A stretch of 64,000 nucleotides of DNA from Felis catus. Its lineage: Eukaryota. The notes under the pieces were generated by a model. That model had not been told where the DNA came from. It saw only the letters and a program-made list of their open reading frames with translations, and ran no database searches. Of this stretch, positions 1-12,413 are shown piece after piece; within the stretch, counting starts at the first letter, position 1, and the number at the start of each line of letters is the position of its first letter. The translations under genes and the position numbers were made by a program. The stretch is taken from contig NC_058368.1 in assembly GCF_018350175.1 (NCBI RefSeq), positions 113,152,001 through 113,216,000 on the forward strand, written 5' to 3'.

Positions 1-328
1 AAAGTTTTCCTTCCTCTTCTTTTTTCTGGAAAAGTTTGAGAAGAATAGGTATTAACTCTTCTTCACATGTTTGGTAGAAATTGTCTGTGAAACCATCTGG
101 TTCTGGGCTTTTGTTTGTTCGGAGTTTTTTTAATAATTCGATTTCACTGGTGGTAATTGTTCTGTTCAAATTTTCTATTTCTTCTTGCTTTACTTTTGGT
201 CAGTTACATGTTTCTAGGAATTTATCCATTTCTTCTAGGTTGTCAAATTTGTTGGCATATAATTTTTTATAGTATTGTCTTAAAATCATTTGTATTTCTG
301 TGGTATTGGTTGTTATTTCTACTCTTTT

Positions 329-547
329 TTTTAAATTTTTTTTTCAACGTTTATTTATTTTTGGGACAGAGAGAGACAGAGCATGAACGGGGGAGGGGCA
401 GAGAAAGAGGGAGACACAGAATCGGAAACAGGCTCCAGGCTCTGAGCCATCAGCCCAGAGCCTGACGCGGGGCTCGAACTCACGGACCGCGAGATCGTGA
501 CCTGGCTGAAGTCGGACGCTTAACCCACTGTGCCACCCAGGCGCCCC
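329..547 (-). mobile_element. Young feline CanSINE (SINEC_Fc-type) inserted in L1 ORF2
   Basis: tRNA-derived head GGGGCGCCTGGGTGGC, CT-rich region and A-tail on minus; TSD GTTATTTCTACTCTTTT at 312-328 and 548-564. Confidence 0.97.
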
Positions 548-592
548 GTTATTTCTACTCTTTTATTAGTGATTTTGTTTATTTGAATCCTT

Positions 593-595
<3 letters not shown>

Positions 596-645
<50 letters not shown>

Positions 646-660
646 GTCTCTCTGTCTCTC
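596..660. repeat. (CT)n microsatellite
   Basis: Read directly. Confidence 0.95.
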
Positions 661-1355
661 TACTTCTGATGAGTCTGGCTAGTAGTAGTCTTCAATTTTG
701 TTGCTCTTTTCATAGAAAAAGCTACTGGTTTTATTGATGTGTTCTATTGTTATTTCGTTTCTGTATCATTCATATCTGTTGTAATCTTTATTTCATTTTT
801 TGTGCTCTGTTTGAGTTTTGTTTACTCTTCTTTTTCTAGCTCCTTTAAATGTTCAGGTTAGCTTGTTGTTTTGAGATTTTTCTTGCTTCTTGAAATAAGT
901 ATTGCTCTATACTTCCCTCTTACAACCACTTTCGCTGCATCCCACCGAATTTGGACTGTTGTATTTTAATTTTTGTTAGTTTCCATGTAGTTTTTAAATC
1001 CTTCTTTGATTTCTTGATTGATCTCCTCATTGCTTAGTAGCATGTTATTTAGCCTCCATGTATTTGTGCTTTTTCCAGATTTTTCTCGTAATTGATTTCT
1101 AGTTTCATAGCATTGTCATTATAATTAGAAAAGATGTATGGTATAATTTTGATTGTCTTGAATTTTTTTTGTGTCCTAATATGTGATCTATTCTGGAGAA
1201 TCTTCCATGTGCACTTGAGAAGAATGTATATTCTGCTGTTTTAGGATGAAATATTCTGAATATATCCGGTAAATCCATCTGATCCAGTGTGTCATTCAAA
1301 ACCACAGTTTCCTTGTTGATTTTCTCTTTGGGTGATCTGTGCATTAATGTAAGTG

Positions 1356-1920
1356 GAGTGTTAAAGTTCTCTGCTATTATTGTATTACTATCAGTTAATT
1401 TCTTTATGTTTGTTATTAACTCTTTTATGTATTTGGGTATGTATTCCTGTTAAGTGCATAAATATTGAAAATTGTTATATCTTCCTGTTGGATTGTCCCC
1501 TTTCTGATTGTATGGTGTCTTTTTTTGTCTCTTGCTACAATCTTTTTTAAAGTCTATTTTGTCCCTTATAAGTGATGCTACTCCAGCTTTGTTTTGACAT
1601 GCATCCCCTCACTTTCAATCTGCAGGTGTCTTTAGGTAGAGTGTTAAAGTTCTCTGCTATTATTGTATTACTATCAGTTAATTTCTTTATGTTTGTTATT
1701 AACTCTTTTATGTATTTGGGTATGTATTCCTGTTAGGTGCATAAATATTGAAAATTGTTATATCGTCCTGTTGGATTGTCCCCTTTCTGATTATATAGTG
1801 TCCTCCTTTGTCTCTTGCTACAGTATTTTTTAAAGTCTATTTTGTCCCATATAAGTGATGCTAATCCAGCTTTGTTTTGACATGCATCCCCTCACTTTCA
1901 ATCTGCAGGTGTCTTTAGGT
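1356..1920. repeat. Tandem duplication of about 282 bp within L1 ORF2
   Basis: 1356-1637 is repeated at 1639-1920 (GAGTGTTAAAGTTCTCTGC...GCAGGTGTCTTTAGGT); about a dozen mismatches by eye. Confidence 0.95.
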
Positions 1921-4220
1921 CTACAGTCTCTTTTAGACCACATGTAAATAAATGGGTGTTGTTTTTTTATCCCCTGTTACCCTCTGTCTTTTGATTGGAG
2001 TGTTTAGTCCATTTACATTCAAAGTAATTATTGATAGATAAGTATTTATTTTCTCTATTGCCTGTTTTGTTGTTGGTTTTGTAGTTTTTCTCTGATTCTT
2101 TCTTCCTTTGCTGTTTTTTGTGGTTTGCTGGCTTTCTTTAGTGATATATTTGGATTCCTTTTTTTATTCTTTGCATATCTATTACTGGGTTTTCATATGT
2201 GATTACCATTAGGTTTGTATGTAACATCTTCTGCATATAGTGTTCTATATTAAGTTGATGGTTGCTTAAACTCCAGCCCATTCTTTATTCCTCCCCCCTC
2301 CATGTTTTAGGTTTATAGTGTCATATTTTACATCCTTTTATTTTGTTAATCCCTTAACTGATTTTTAGAGAGATATTTAACTTTTATTGCTTTTATAATT
2401 CCTATTTTCATATTCTCACTTATGGTCTATCCCTTTCACTCAAAGAATACCCCCTTTAATATTTCTTGTAAGACTGCTTTAGTGGCCATTAATTCCTTTA
2501 GTTTTTGTTTGTCTGAGAAACTCTGTATCTTTCCTTGTATTCTAAGTGATAGCCTTGCTGGATATAGTACTCTTGGTTGCACATTTTTCCCTTTCAGTTC
2601 TTTGAATATACCATGCCACTGCCTTCTTGCCTGCAAAGTTTCTGCTAAAAACACTGATAGCTAAATAGTTTCCCTTGTATTTAACTGTTTTCTCTGGCTG
2701 CTTTAAAATTTTTTTCTTTATCACTACTTTTTGACATTTTAATTACTATATGTCTTGGTGTGGACCTCCTTGGACTAATTTTTTGGGGATCTCTGTGCCT
2801 CCTGGATTTGCATCTGTTTTCTTTCCCAGGTTAGGAAAGTTTTCAGCTATTATTTTTTCAAATAAATTATCAGCCCCCTTTTTTCTTGCTTCTTTTTCTG
2901 GGATCCCTAGAATGTGAATGTTATTACATTTGATGGAGTCACTGAGTCCCCTAAGACTATTCTAATTTGCATTTTTTCCCCTCTCACTTGCTTGGCTTCA
3001 TTGCTTTCCATTCTGTCTTCCAGGTCATTAATCAGTTTCTCTGTTCCCTCTAGGCTGCTATTTATTCCATCAAGCATATTTTTAATTTCATTTATTATGT
3101 TCTTCATCTGTGAGTGGTTCTTTTTTATCTCTTTGATAAGTCTCAGTAACTTCCTCTACTCTTTTCTCAAGTCTAGTGAGTATCTTTATGATCATTACTT
3201 TCAATTCTCTATCTGGCATATTTCCTTCTCCATCTCACTTAGGTCTCTTGCTGTGGTTTTTCTGGCTCTTTCATTTGAGACATATTCCTCTGTCTCCTCA
3301 TTTTGCCTACCTCTCTGCATCTGTTTCTCTGTGTTAGAATAGACAGCCATTTCTCCTGCTCTTGAAGGTAATGGACTTATGAAGAAGAGGACTGTAATGC
3401 CCTGAAGTGCAGTGTTCCCTGTTCCCCAGAACCTGGCACTTGAGGGATTATCTCTTATATGTATTGCATGTGCCCTGCTGTTGAGTCTTGGCTGCTTTTT
3501 ATTTCAGTCCAGTTATCTGCAGCGGCTGTCTTTGCCTGCTGTGGGCAGTGTTTGAGCCCCAGATGGGTGGGGCATTTTTTAACAAGGTGTGTGCTGGGCT
3601 GCTTGCAAAATGAGACCTGCTGGTAGGGCCGCAGGAACTGAGGCCCCGCAAAACATGTAGATCAGAAATGTGGTATCAACAGGGTTTGCTCATGTCTTCT
3701 GGGGGAGGGGGCCTGCAGCACAGAGACTGAGGCAAATGTGGCTGGAGGGCAGAGCCTCTGAAGCAAGCCTTGGTTAAAGTCAGTAGGTAGTGAGTGTTGG
3801 CACTGTGCTGGTTCCTGCAAGTGGCCGTGAGTTTATGTTAGGGGGTGGGACAGTGAAATGGTGCCTGCCAACTCCTTTGTTCCTGGAGTGTTCTCCCTGT
3901 GATTCTGGAACACATGTCCTCCCTGGAACATGCTCTGAGTGAGTAAATAACGCTCCTTCCGTGTGCCCCAGATGTTTTTCAAACTGCTGCTTCTATGTTC
4001 TATCTCCATGGGCTGTTTGTTGTGCTGTCTCTTTAAGGGCAGGGACTCAGCTTCCTAATGCCCTCCAGACTTTCCCAAGCCTTCTGATTTTTAAAATTCC
4101 AGGTTTTAAGTCTGACTGGTTATAAGGACTCACAAAATTCAGTCCCTCTTGCTTTCAAAGACAAGTGTTATGGAGATCTCTTTTCCCTGTGCAGACTTCC
4201 TAGTGTGATAGCCTGTTTCT

Positions 4221-4283
4221 TTCTTTCGTTCTTTCTTTTCGTTCTTTTGTTCTTTCTTTTCTTTCATTCTTTCTTTTTCTTTC

Positions 4284-4347
<64 letters not shown>

Positions 4348-4555
4348 TTTTCAACGTTTATTTTTGAACGAGAGACAGAGAGAGAGAGATAGAGCATGAG
4401 TGGGGGAGGGGCAGAGAGAGAGACAGAATCCGAAGCAGGCTCCAGGCTCAGAACTGTCAGCACAGAGTCTGATACGGGGCTCAAACTCAGGAGCTGTGAG
4501 ATCATGACCTGAGCTGAAGTCGGACACTTAACCGGCTGAGCCACCCAGGCACCGC
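4221..4555 (-). mobile_element. CanSINE in the L1 5'UTR with an expanded (TTTC)n tail
   Basis: SINE body 4350-4555; TTTC array 4221-4347; TSD GTGATAG(C/T)CTGTTTCT at 4205-4220 and 4556-4571. Confidence 0.95.
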
Positions 4556-4847
4556 GTGATAGTCTGTTTCTTGCCTTCTTCCATGCCACCAGCTCCCTCC
4601 TGACTATACACAGCCAGGATCCAGTCTGTACTGGTTCCAGTGGACCAGGATCCAGTCCACTTCCAAACCACGTTTCCACCATTCCTACCTTCTTCGATGT
4701 GGCCTCTTCTCTGCCTTTAGATGTAGTTTTTCTGCCAGTCTTTTGGTCATTTCTGGGTTATTTATGCTAATGTAAGTGTTATCTGGTTGTCTCCATGGAT
4801 CAAGGTGAGCTCAAGGTGGTCCTATTCTGCCATCTTCCCAGCCTACC

Positions 4848-4853
<6 letters not shown>

Positions 4854-4892
<39 letters not shown>

Positions 4893-4940
4893 GTAAATAT
4901 ACATGTATATACGTACATATGTATATGTGTGTGTATGTAT
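4854..4940. repeat. (CA)n plus TA/TG-rich low-complexity tract
   Basis: Read directly. Confidence 0.9.
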
Positions 4941-4999
4941 ACATGCTTTACATTGGAGAATTTTGAGGCCCTGGCACCTGTAGCTGCCGACATTATCAG

Positions 5000-6560
5000 C
5001 ATGGACTCATGAGCCTCTTTTTATTAAATGTGTTATAATCCATTCTTGGGATTTGTCATTTTTTTACTCAAATATACTCTAGTTTGGCCAGTGAGTAGCC
5101 CTGAAATCTGGCTGTGGAATCCTTTCGACATGTTCCTTTTAGTCATTGAGCAGATTCTTATTTTCCATCACAACAAGATGTTCTGCACTTGCTTTGACCT
5201 TTATATGCAAAAGACCTAGAGTCAACCACTTCTCAAAGAGCCCAGGTTTATTTAGTGGGAAATGGCATTTAGAAAAACCAAGATCTGGGTGCTCCTGGAA
5301 TACCATTGCTCCTAGCTCCTTTCTGTGGACAAAGCTAAACCATATTTGTACATTAAGAGTTCATACTAATATCCCTACTAATCCAACACCACAGAATTCT
5401 TCCTCGTCTTCCTGCATCCCACATCTGTATTTATCTTCTCCCACACTGAAGACCAAAACTGTGTGAATAAGCACCGTGATAACTCTGGTTCCCAACATCA
5501 ATACAATTACTCAGTTGCCCAAATCTATAATACACTTAGGAGTTTCAGAGTTGCCACACCAATGCAGTACCAGCAACAAATCTCCTAAACAAAGTTTAAG
5601 ATTTCTTTGCTGTTATTTTTGCCTTTAGAATAAATCTCAGTGAGGGTATCTAGGATAATATATTTAAAAGTTTCTTGAGGGGCGCCTGGGTGGCTCAGTC
5701 GGTTAAGCGTCCAACTTCAGCTCAGGTCATGATCTCACAGTCCATGAGTTTGAGCCCCGCGTCGGGCTCTGTGCTGACAGCTCAGGGCCTGGAGCCTGCT
5801 TCCGATTCTGTGTCTCCCTCTCTCTCTGCCCCTCCCCCGTTCATGCTCTGTCTCTCTCTGTCTCAAAAATAAATAAATGTTAAAAAAATAAAAAATAAAA
5901 GTTTCTTGAACAAATTCCGTTTTTCTTTTGTGTGATGTTGATCAATATTTGATATTAAGATCAGTTATCTGTATTCATATTTAATATTTCCCCCATCTTT
6001 GTCAATTTATTTTGGTGATTTGAACATGTAAAACATTAACATAGAATCAAAGCCAAAACTATATAGAAATCTATATTCAGAGATCTCCCGACTCCTGCCC
6101 TACATCTTGCACCCTATTCCTGCCTATCACCTCTGGGTTATTAATTAGGTAACGAGTTTCACTAGCTTCTGGTTTATTTTTTTCCTTCTAGTGTTTCTTT
6201 TTGCGAAAATAATATATGCACCCATGTTCTTATTCTCTGCTTTTTACGGAAAAGGTAAAATACTATGTATAATCTTTTGCACTTTGCTTCTTTTCACTTA
6301 ATGATACACACCCTGATGATCACCCCACATCAAGTCTAGGTATTGTCTTCGTCTATTTTCACAGATGCCTACTATTTCACCCTATGAATGCATACATAAT
6401 GCATATTCAGAATTCTCAAGGCAGGCATTTAGTTTATTTTCAAGTATTTTGTTGTAATAAATAATGCCTCAGTGAATAATCTTGAGGTGTTTGCTTCTGA
6501 TTCTGTTGGGGATAAATCTTCATGGTAAATTCCTAGAAGTGAGACTGCTGCGTCCAAAGG
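5000..6560 (-). mobile_element. Old mammalian L1 (L1MC/L1ME-like) 3' fragments
   Basis: T-rich degenerate L1 3' text, e.g. TTTAGTGGGAAATGGCATTTAGAAAAACCAAGATCTGGGTGCT and GGTAAATTCCTAGAAGTGAGACTGCTG; family from memory. Confidence 0.65.
5679..5895 (+). mobile_element. Feline CanSINE
   Basis: Head GGGGCGCCTGGGTGGCTCAGTCGGTTAAGCG; TSD TAAAAGTTTCTTGA at 5665-5678 and 5896-5909. Confidence 0.97.
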
Positions 6561-6696
6561 CTTTCCAGGTTTTATTGTGTCTTTTGTGTTTCATGTTTTT
6601 TTTTTTTTTTACTTGACATGAAAAAAACAGATTTTTTTATTGTAGAAGGTAGTTATGTGAAATTGTCAAAACTGAGGCAATGAGGAGTTAAACTCT

Positions 6697-6918
6697 ATTT
6701 ATTTATTTATTTATTTATTTATTTGTTTATTTATTTAGAGTGAGAGCATGTGTGCATGCTTGTGTGCATGAGAGGGGAAGAGAGAGAAGGGGATGCAAGA
6801 TCCAAAGTGGGCTCCGTGCTGAGGCTCTGTGTCCGATGCGGGGCTCGAACTCACGAACTGTGAATCATAAGCTGAGCTGAAGTTGGATGTTCAACTGACT
6901 GAGCCACCCAGCCATCCC
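6697..6918 (-). mobile_element. CanSINE with (ATTT)n tail
   Basis: TSD AGGAGTTAAACTCT at 6683-6696 and 6919-6932. Confidence 0.93.
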
Positions 6919-7062
6919 AGGAGTTAAACTCTTAAATGAAATAATGTATTAAGTTTAACTTCTCTGTTGTAGATCTACATAAGGAGATGGCCTGAAACTG
7001 GAAGTAATGAGGAAAGTAGCTTTATTCTCACCGTAGGCCTCAGAGAGCTGGGGACCAACCAG

Positions 7063-7159
7063 TTGGGTTGCCATACTGCCAACTCCAAGGGAGCTATTCA
7101 GATGGAGTGGAATTGAAATAGTGTCCCCCCCCCAGAAGTTAAGGCATATGGCAGCCCTG
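7063..7159. mobile_element. MER91-like hAT-Tip100 MITE remnant
   Basis: Inverted termini GGGTTGCCATA / TATGGCAGCCC and internal palindromic CAACTCCAAGGGAGCTATTCA...AATAGTGTCCCC; resembles MER91A from memory. Confidence 0.6.
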
Positions 7160-7544
7160 GGAACTTGGACTCCAGAGAGGGAGAAAGCTGTTCAGATGAT
7201 TGGCATTTGGGCATGAAAGGGAAGGCTTGTCACTATGGTTTGGAGAAGCAAGGAGTATTCCAGGCAGTTATCATCAACAAAAGCCCGTTTGGGAGCGATC
7301 GCACGAGTGCAGCTCCGTTCAACTCACGTTCATTGGGCACACCGTGCGTCCAAGGTTCTACGTGATGCAGGAAAAGCAAACACTGAGTAGCCACTCTCTG
7401 CCATAGACTGTAATGCTCATTGTTTCCGTTACTGTTAACAACCGTGTAGCTAGGTAATATTAATATCTCCATTATATACATGGGGAAGCTGAAATTCAGG
7501 GTGTTTTGTGTATTTCGGATCGACCAGATGGCTCACTCGGCACC

Positions 7545-7990
7545 TTACTGTAGTGATCTTGGGTAGTTCAAGTAGCCTGAGACTCTGAGGCTCAGTCTTC
7601 CCCTCTGTAAAAATGGGAGGATAATAGGAAAATTGACAACATAATCTAACATGTGTGTCACCTGAGATCTTTTAGAAACCCATTCTCTGGCTCCACCTCA
7701 GAACCAGGATGTCAGAGAGTGGGTTTAGCAATTTGTGTTTCATGAGCCCTCTAGGTGATTTTGAAGCATTCTGGAATTTGGAGAATCAGTAGTGTAGAGG
7801 TTAAGTGCGTGGATTCTGAGCCTGACTCGGTGGGTTAGAATCCCAAGAAGACTCTGCATTTTAGCTGTATGACTTTGGTTACATAGTTTCTACTTAATCT
7901 GAGTTCACTCAGTTGTAGAATGGGGATAAAAAGAGTGCTCACCTCCTTGAGATTGTCATGAGGACGTAATGTACATAAAATACAACAATG
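7545..7990 (+). mobile_element. MIR fragments flanking a MER5A-like MITE (about 7640-7795)
   Basis: MIR core CTCAGTCTTCCCCTCTGTAAAAATGGGAGGATAATAG and AGCTGTATGACTTTGG...TGTAGAATGGGGATAA; MER5A-like CCCTCTAGGTGATTTTGAAGC...TTTGGAGAATCAGT. Confidence 0.7.
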
Positions 7991-9059
7991 AGTATTTTAT
8001 AGCTATTTTTTAAACAGAACAGATAAAAATAAGGGCTGCCTGGGGGGCGGGGAGGGGATTTAGATAATGTGTGTAAGTTGTCCTTGGCAGATTAGTAAGT
8101 GCTCAACAAATGTTAACAATTATTAGTAGTGGTAACAATTGTTATCACAGTGTCCTCATAGCTTGTTCCAAACTTCGAAGCCTGTAAGAGACATCGCTAG
8201 AACTGGAGTGAGCCCTATTCATTTCCAACGTCCGTACTCTCACTATTCGTTACCCGGTATCCCGCATGAACATAGTCTCTGTTTTCAAGAGAAGATAAAC
8301 ATAAAACACCCACACAATGAGATGGGCATCATGACGGAGATAAATGTAGGAGCTATAAAGAGATGCGGCCACAAGACACTAAGAAACCCTTTGTGAGCCT
8401 CAGAGGAAGGAGGCGGCCAACATTGGGAACGCGGTGGGGAGAAGCCGCTGATAACCTGCTGGGTCCCAATTGAAAAGGACACATCGTTTCAGCTGGAAAC
8501 ACTCAAAACATCATTATTTCGAAATTGCCAAGCAAATTCAATGGCTGGCATTGCTGTGCTAATGCGTTAATAATAATTCTGCAGTTAGAGACAAGCCTGG
8601 GCTGTTAGCATTCAAGGCCACTTAAATTTTAAAGAGTCATTTTATGGAAAGTTTTAATTAGCTCTGGATTGTAACTAACATTCTCTTTAAAACTGTTGTC
8701 GGCGTTTGATGAGGTCTGGGTTCCAGGGGTTGGAAATTAGAGCTGGAGTTTACTCATTGCTCTGCCTTTGGGTCCAAGGCAGTTCATCTTTTCTGTGTTT
8801 GAGCTGGAGCTCTGGGTAGCCAGGCATTGTGCGCGACAGGGGAGTCGGGCTTGCGTGTCCCTGTGTGTTCTGTGGAAAAGGAGAAGGCACGCAGGGCCAC
8901 GCAAGGTCGATCTGGTCCCCCGCTGCAGCCTGTGCCTCTCTTCTCCTGGGTCAGGCTTCACGTTCCAGCTTCATGCTGTCCCTTCGCATCCGTCATAGAA
9001 CCCCACCTAGATGTGCAGGCCCAGCTTTGTGCACACTTCTCTTTTGTAGCATGGTGAAG

Positions 9060-9260
9060 CAGGAGCAACATGAACATGGTCCTAGCGGGCCCAGGTTTGA
9101 AAAATGGCTTTGCCGCGTATAAGCTACATTCCCGAGGCTTATTTAGCTCTCAGACTCAGTTTTCCTGTCTGTGAAATGGGGATAAAATGCCAAACAGGGT
9201 TACTGTGAGAACTGGAGTTAATCCTCTTGGCACATAGTACATCCAAGAAGCGGTTATTAT
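9060..9260 (+). mobile_element. MIR
   Basis: CTCAGTTTTCCTGTCTGTGAAATGGGGATAA core. Confidence 0.7.
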
Positions 9261-10089
9261 GACCATCTTGCCAGTCACTTCCAACCATTCTAAGTTAGGT
9301 TTGTTCTGCCTGTGTCCTTCTCAAACTGCTCTATTCCCTTCAACCCCTGAGGGCAAGAACCCAGCTGGCTCCTTTGAACTTCGTCTTAACTGCTTCCTCC
9401 CTTACCTGGCGCCCTCCGTGATAATCCGATTTTCATGTTGACTGGAAGACCCACAGCACAGAGGTACCCTTGTCACTGGTGGAATTAGAGTTCCTGCAGG
9501 TTGCCCAGGCTAACGATGGAGGAATATCAGATGGCTCCAAAGGTGTAGCCCTTGAGCAGAAAGAAAAATACCCCAGTTTGAGATCTCGAACTTTAAGAAC
9601 CACGCTGACTCCGGCGGTGTGGCAAGTCCAGGTGTGAGGGCTGATTGGTGCAGTTCTCAGTTGTTGTTTGAGGCTTGGAGAAGCTTGTTGAAGTGGAGAG
9701 ATTCGGAGGGGTCCAGCGGATCTCAGGCACACGTATGTCTCGGCCGCGGGGTGCAGAGAGCCAAGCAAAGGCATAGGTACCTGGACATCAGCCAGCACAG
9801 AACGGTGTGGCTTCAGGCAGCTGTCCTGAGGGCCCCCAGGGCTTCGGCTGGCAGAATTGGTAGAGGGAAACTGAATGGGGCCCGAGGGTGTGCAGTGACC
9901 ATCTTTGGGTTTCTTCCCCAGGGTGTACCCCCCATACCTCATGACTATCTATCTGCCTCTTTGTGCCCATGTGTGTGTCTGTTTCCAATGTGGCTGTGAT
10001 TTCTACAGACCTAGGTACTCTGAACTTGTAGATTATGAAACCTGAGTTCTTGACCTGTGCCTGACCACAATAGGGAAACCCATTGGAAA

Positions 10090-10260
10090 TAGGGGGAGAG
10101 TATGGTCTTTGGAATTATCTGGACCTGAGTTTGAATTCAGACTCCAACATCTACCCACCTCGGTGTTTTGGACAAGTCACTTCACATCTTTGCTTCAGTT
10201 TCTTATCTGTGAAGTGGACGAAATAAGGCTTACCTTTCAGCTGTGAGGTTTCTCTGTTAA
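10090..10260 (+). mobile_element. MIR
   Basis: GACCTGAGTTTGAATTCAGACTCC...GGACAAGTCACTT...CAGTTTCTTATCTGTGAAGTGG. Confidence 0.7.
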
Positions 10261-10406
10261 GGCACATGGAACAGATTGCCTTTTTTAATGAACAGTATAG
10301 CTTTTTGGTATTCAGTCACATTGGTGGCTCTAATAAGGCCGTGGTCTGGAAGATTCAGTGAATTGTTCAGGGGATGACAAACGAATCCCAAGTGATTAAG
10401 GCTCTC

Positions 10407-10440
<34 letters not shown>

Positions 10441-11283
10441 TTTTCAGTTAATTTAGTCCAGCCATCTTTAGCTAATTCAATCATATCTCATTCACCAGTG
10501 GATAAATTGTCCTCATCAGAGGCTTAACCATGCAGCTAATATGTTTTTAAGATAGATTGATTAACAAGCCCTAATTGAGGCTCAATAAATGAGATAAATT
10601 CAGAAGCCTATAAGATCAACCAGCAGTCCAGAAGGGACCATTGGCAATATTCAGTTACCCAATTCATTTAGCAGTATTTCAGCAAATACTTATTGTGTAT
10701 CTAATGTATGCATGCCAGGGCTAGGACTATGTTCTTTGTCAAAGTTGAATATTAAAGAAATGTCAACTCGGCCATGATCAGTCTGAGCAGAATACAATTA
10801 GGAGAGATGAGCACTGTGGGGTCAGAGCTAGAGCATAAATTTCAAGGCAAGTCGGAAGATGGAGACAAGGTAAGAAAGCGACCAGAAAACAAGACCGAGA
10901 AGCCACAGGGAGTCAATCCAAAAGTCCAGAGGTGGTAGTCATCTACCAGAGGTGGGGAACAGAAATGGGACAAACAGAGATCCAAGAGTGACCCTGCCAA
11001 GACTGACCTCTGTGCACGTGGTGGGTAGGTGAGGGCTGGAATGGAAAAGTGGAAGAGAGAGCACACGGACTTCTTTTATAGCCTGGCTGGGGAAAGGTGT
11101 ATTTGGGTATGCGTAGGTGAGTAATGTGATTTATAGGGACCAACCTGAGTGCAGAATCAATATAAACTATGACATTCTTGAGTCACATATGAACTTTAGA
11201 GCTATAAGCCTATTTGTCCCTCCCACTGAGAGAGAGTAGGTAACTGCACAGAAAAACAAGTATGCATCTATTTTCTTTGATTT

Positions 11284-11492
11284 AAAAAAATGTTTTTAAT
11301 GTGTATTTATTTTTGAGAGAGACAGAGCATGAGTGGGGGAGGGGCAGAGAGAGGGAGACACAGACTCTGAAGCAGGCTCCAGGCTCCGAGCTGTCAGCAC
11401 AGAGCCTGACGCGGGGCTCGAACTCTCGGACTATGAGATCGTGACCTGAGCCGAAGTCGGATGCTTAACTGACTGAGACATTCAGGTGCCCC
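11284..11492 (-). mobile_element. Feline CanSINE
   Basis: Full body with tail; degenerate TSD TATTT(T/C)CTTTGAT on both sides. Confidence 0.95.
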
Positions 11493-12413
11493 ATATTTCC
11501 TTTGATCTTAATTGTGATCTCAGCACTGAGCACCTGTCTTCTAAATGTATTGCACAGCCTATTTTCTGGGCAGTGACATAAAACGTTTGCTCAGTTTGTC
11601 AAAGTCCGCTCACTCGCGCTGGTTGTGTGCCTTTGCACAAAACCACTGGAGAGGCCGGTGGAAGTCTTGACTCAGTGTTCACTTCATTAGTCCAATTCAA
11701 ATCAGGCTTATCACCTTTTCCTAATAAAAATAATAATCAGTCTTCAACCCAATCCTAGTTACTTCTGTCTCCTCTGGTAGCTCTGGCTAATAACAGAATA
11801 GAGTAAGAGGCTCTGCACGTTCCTCAGATGGTTTGAAACAGATCCTCGATCACTCCGTCTCCACTCCGTCTCCACTCCCATGTAGACATAGCTCAGGCAA
11901 GGCATGTTCGAATCTCCACATGTTTTCTTCTCTCTTGTGTAATCGTTTGGAGTTCTCCTGCTTCAGTCCTTGGGTGTATTTGCTTCAAGTATCAGCTCAC
12001 AGAGGCTCTTTCACCGACTTGGGAACTTCATATCTTGGGTTCTTTGTTTGGCCTCTGAGGGGTCTCTGCTGTTTTAAGGAAGTAGTCTCTCATGTGACAC
12101 CAGATGGCTGTCTGTCTACGGTTCTGGAAACCAAGATTCCAAAAAAGCTTTCTGTTTAGAGAAGTTCCAATAAGAGTTTCACAGGAAAATAGAAGTATTT
12201 CCCAGCAACATGTCCCTGATTCTCGTTGGCTCCTAAGGTTACCCTACATTTCTTGAGATGCTTTTGTTGGTAATAGTTGGTTTTGAATGTAGTCAATCAG
12301 GGGATGATATCCCACCATTAAAATGTTGACTGTACTTGGGGAGCTGGTGGAACCTTAGAGTAGGTTTAACTGGCTGAGGGCTCTCTACCTCTGTCCTCTT
12401 TTTGAGCTTGTCA

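Larger units (their letters stand above)
1..4839 (-). mobile_element. Carnivore LINE-1, 5' half (5'UTR, ORF1, ORF2 endonuclease region), decayed; continues off the left edge
   Basis: Minus-strand peptides: ORF2 endonuclease LNDTLDQMDLPDIFRIFHPKTAEYTFFSSAHGRFSRIDHILGHK (1105-1344); ORF1 C-terminus ETLQARRQWHGIFKELKGKNVQPRVLYPARLSL (2436-2654); ORF1 coiled coil (2907-3107). The 5' end reads GGGAAGATGGCAGAATAGG on the minus strand at about 4839. Many stops and frameshifts. Confidence 0.95.

Noticed and set aside
4139..4682. Lys/Glu/Arg-rich ORFs
   Set aside because: Translation of the (TTTC)n SINE tail.
8800..9900. Locally GC- and CpG-richer stretch
   Set aside because: CpG density by eye is too low for a CpG-island promoter.
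11620..11645. Imperfect 11-bp hairpin TGGTTGTGTGC-CTTT-GCACAAAACCA
   Set aside because: Too short for a pre-miRNA; likely chance or a MITE remnant.
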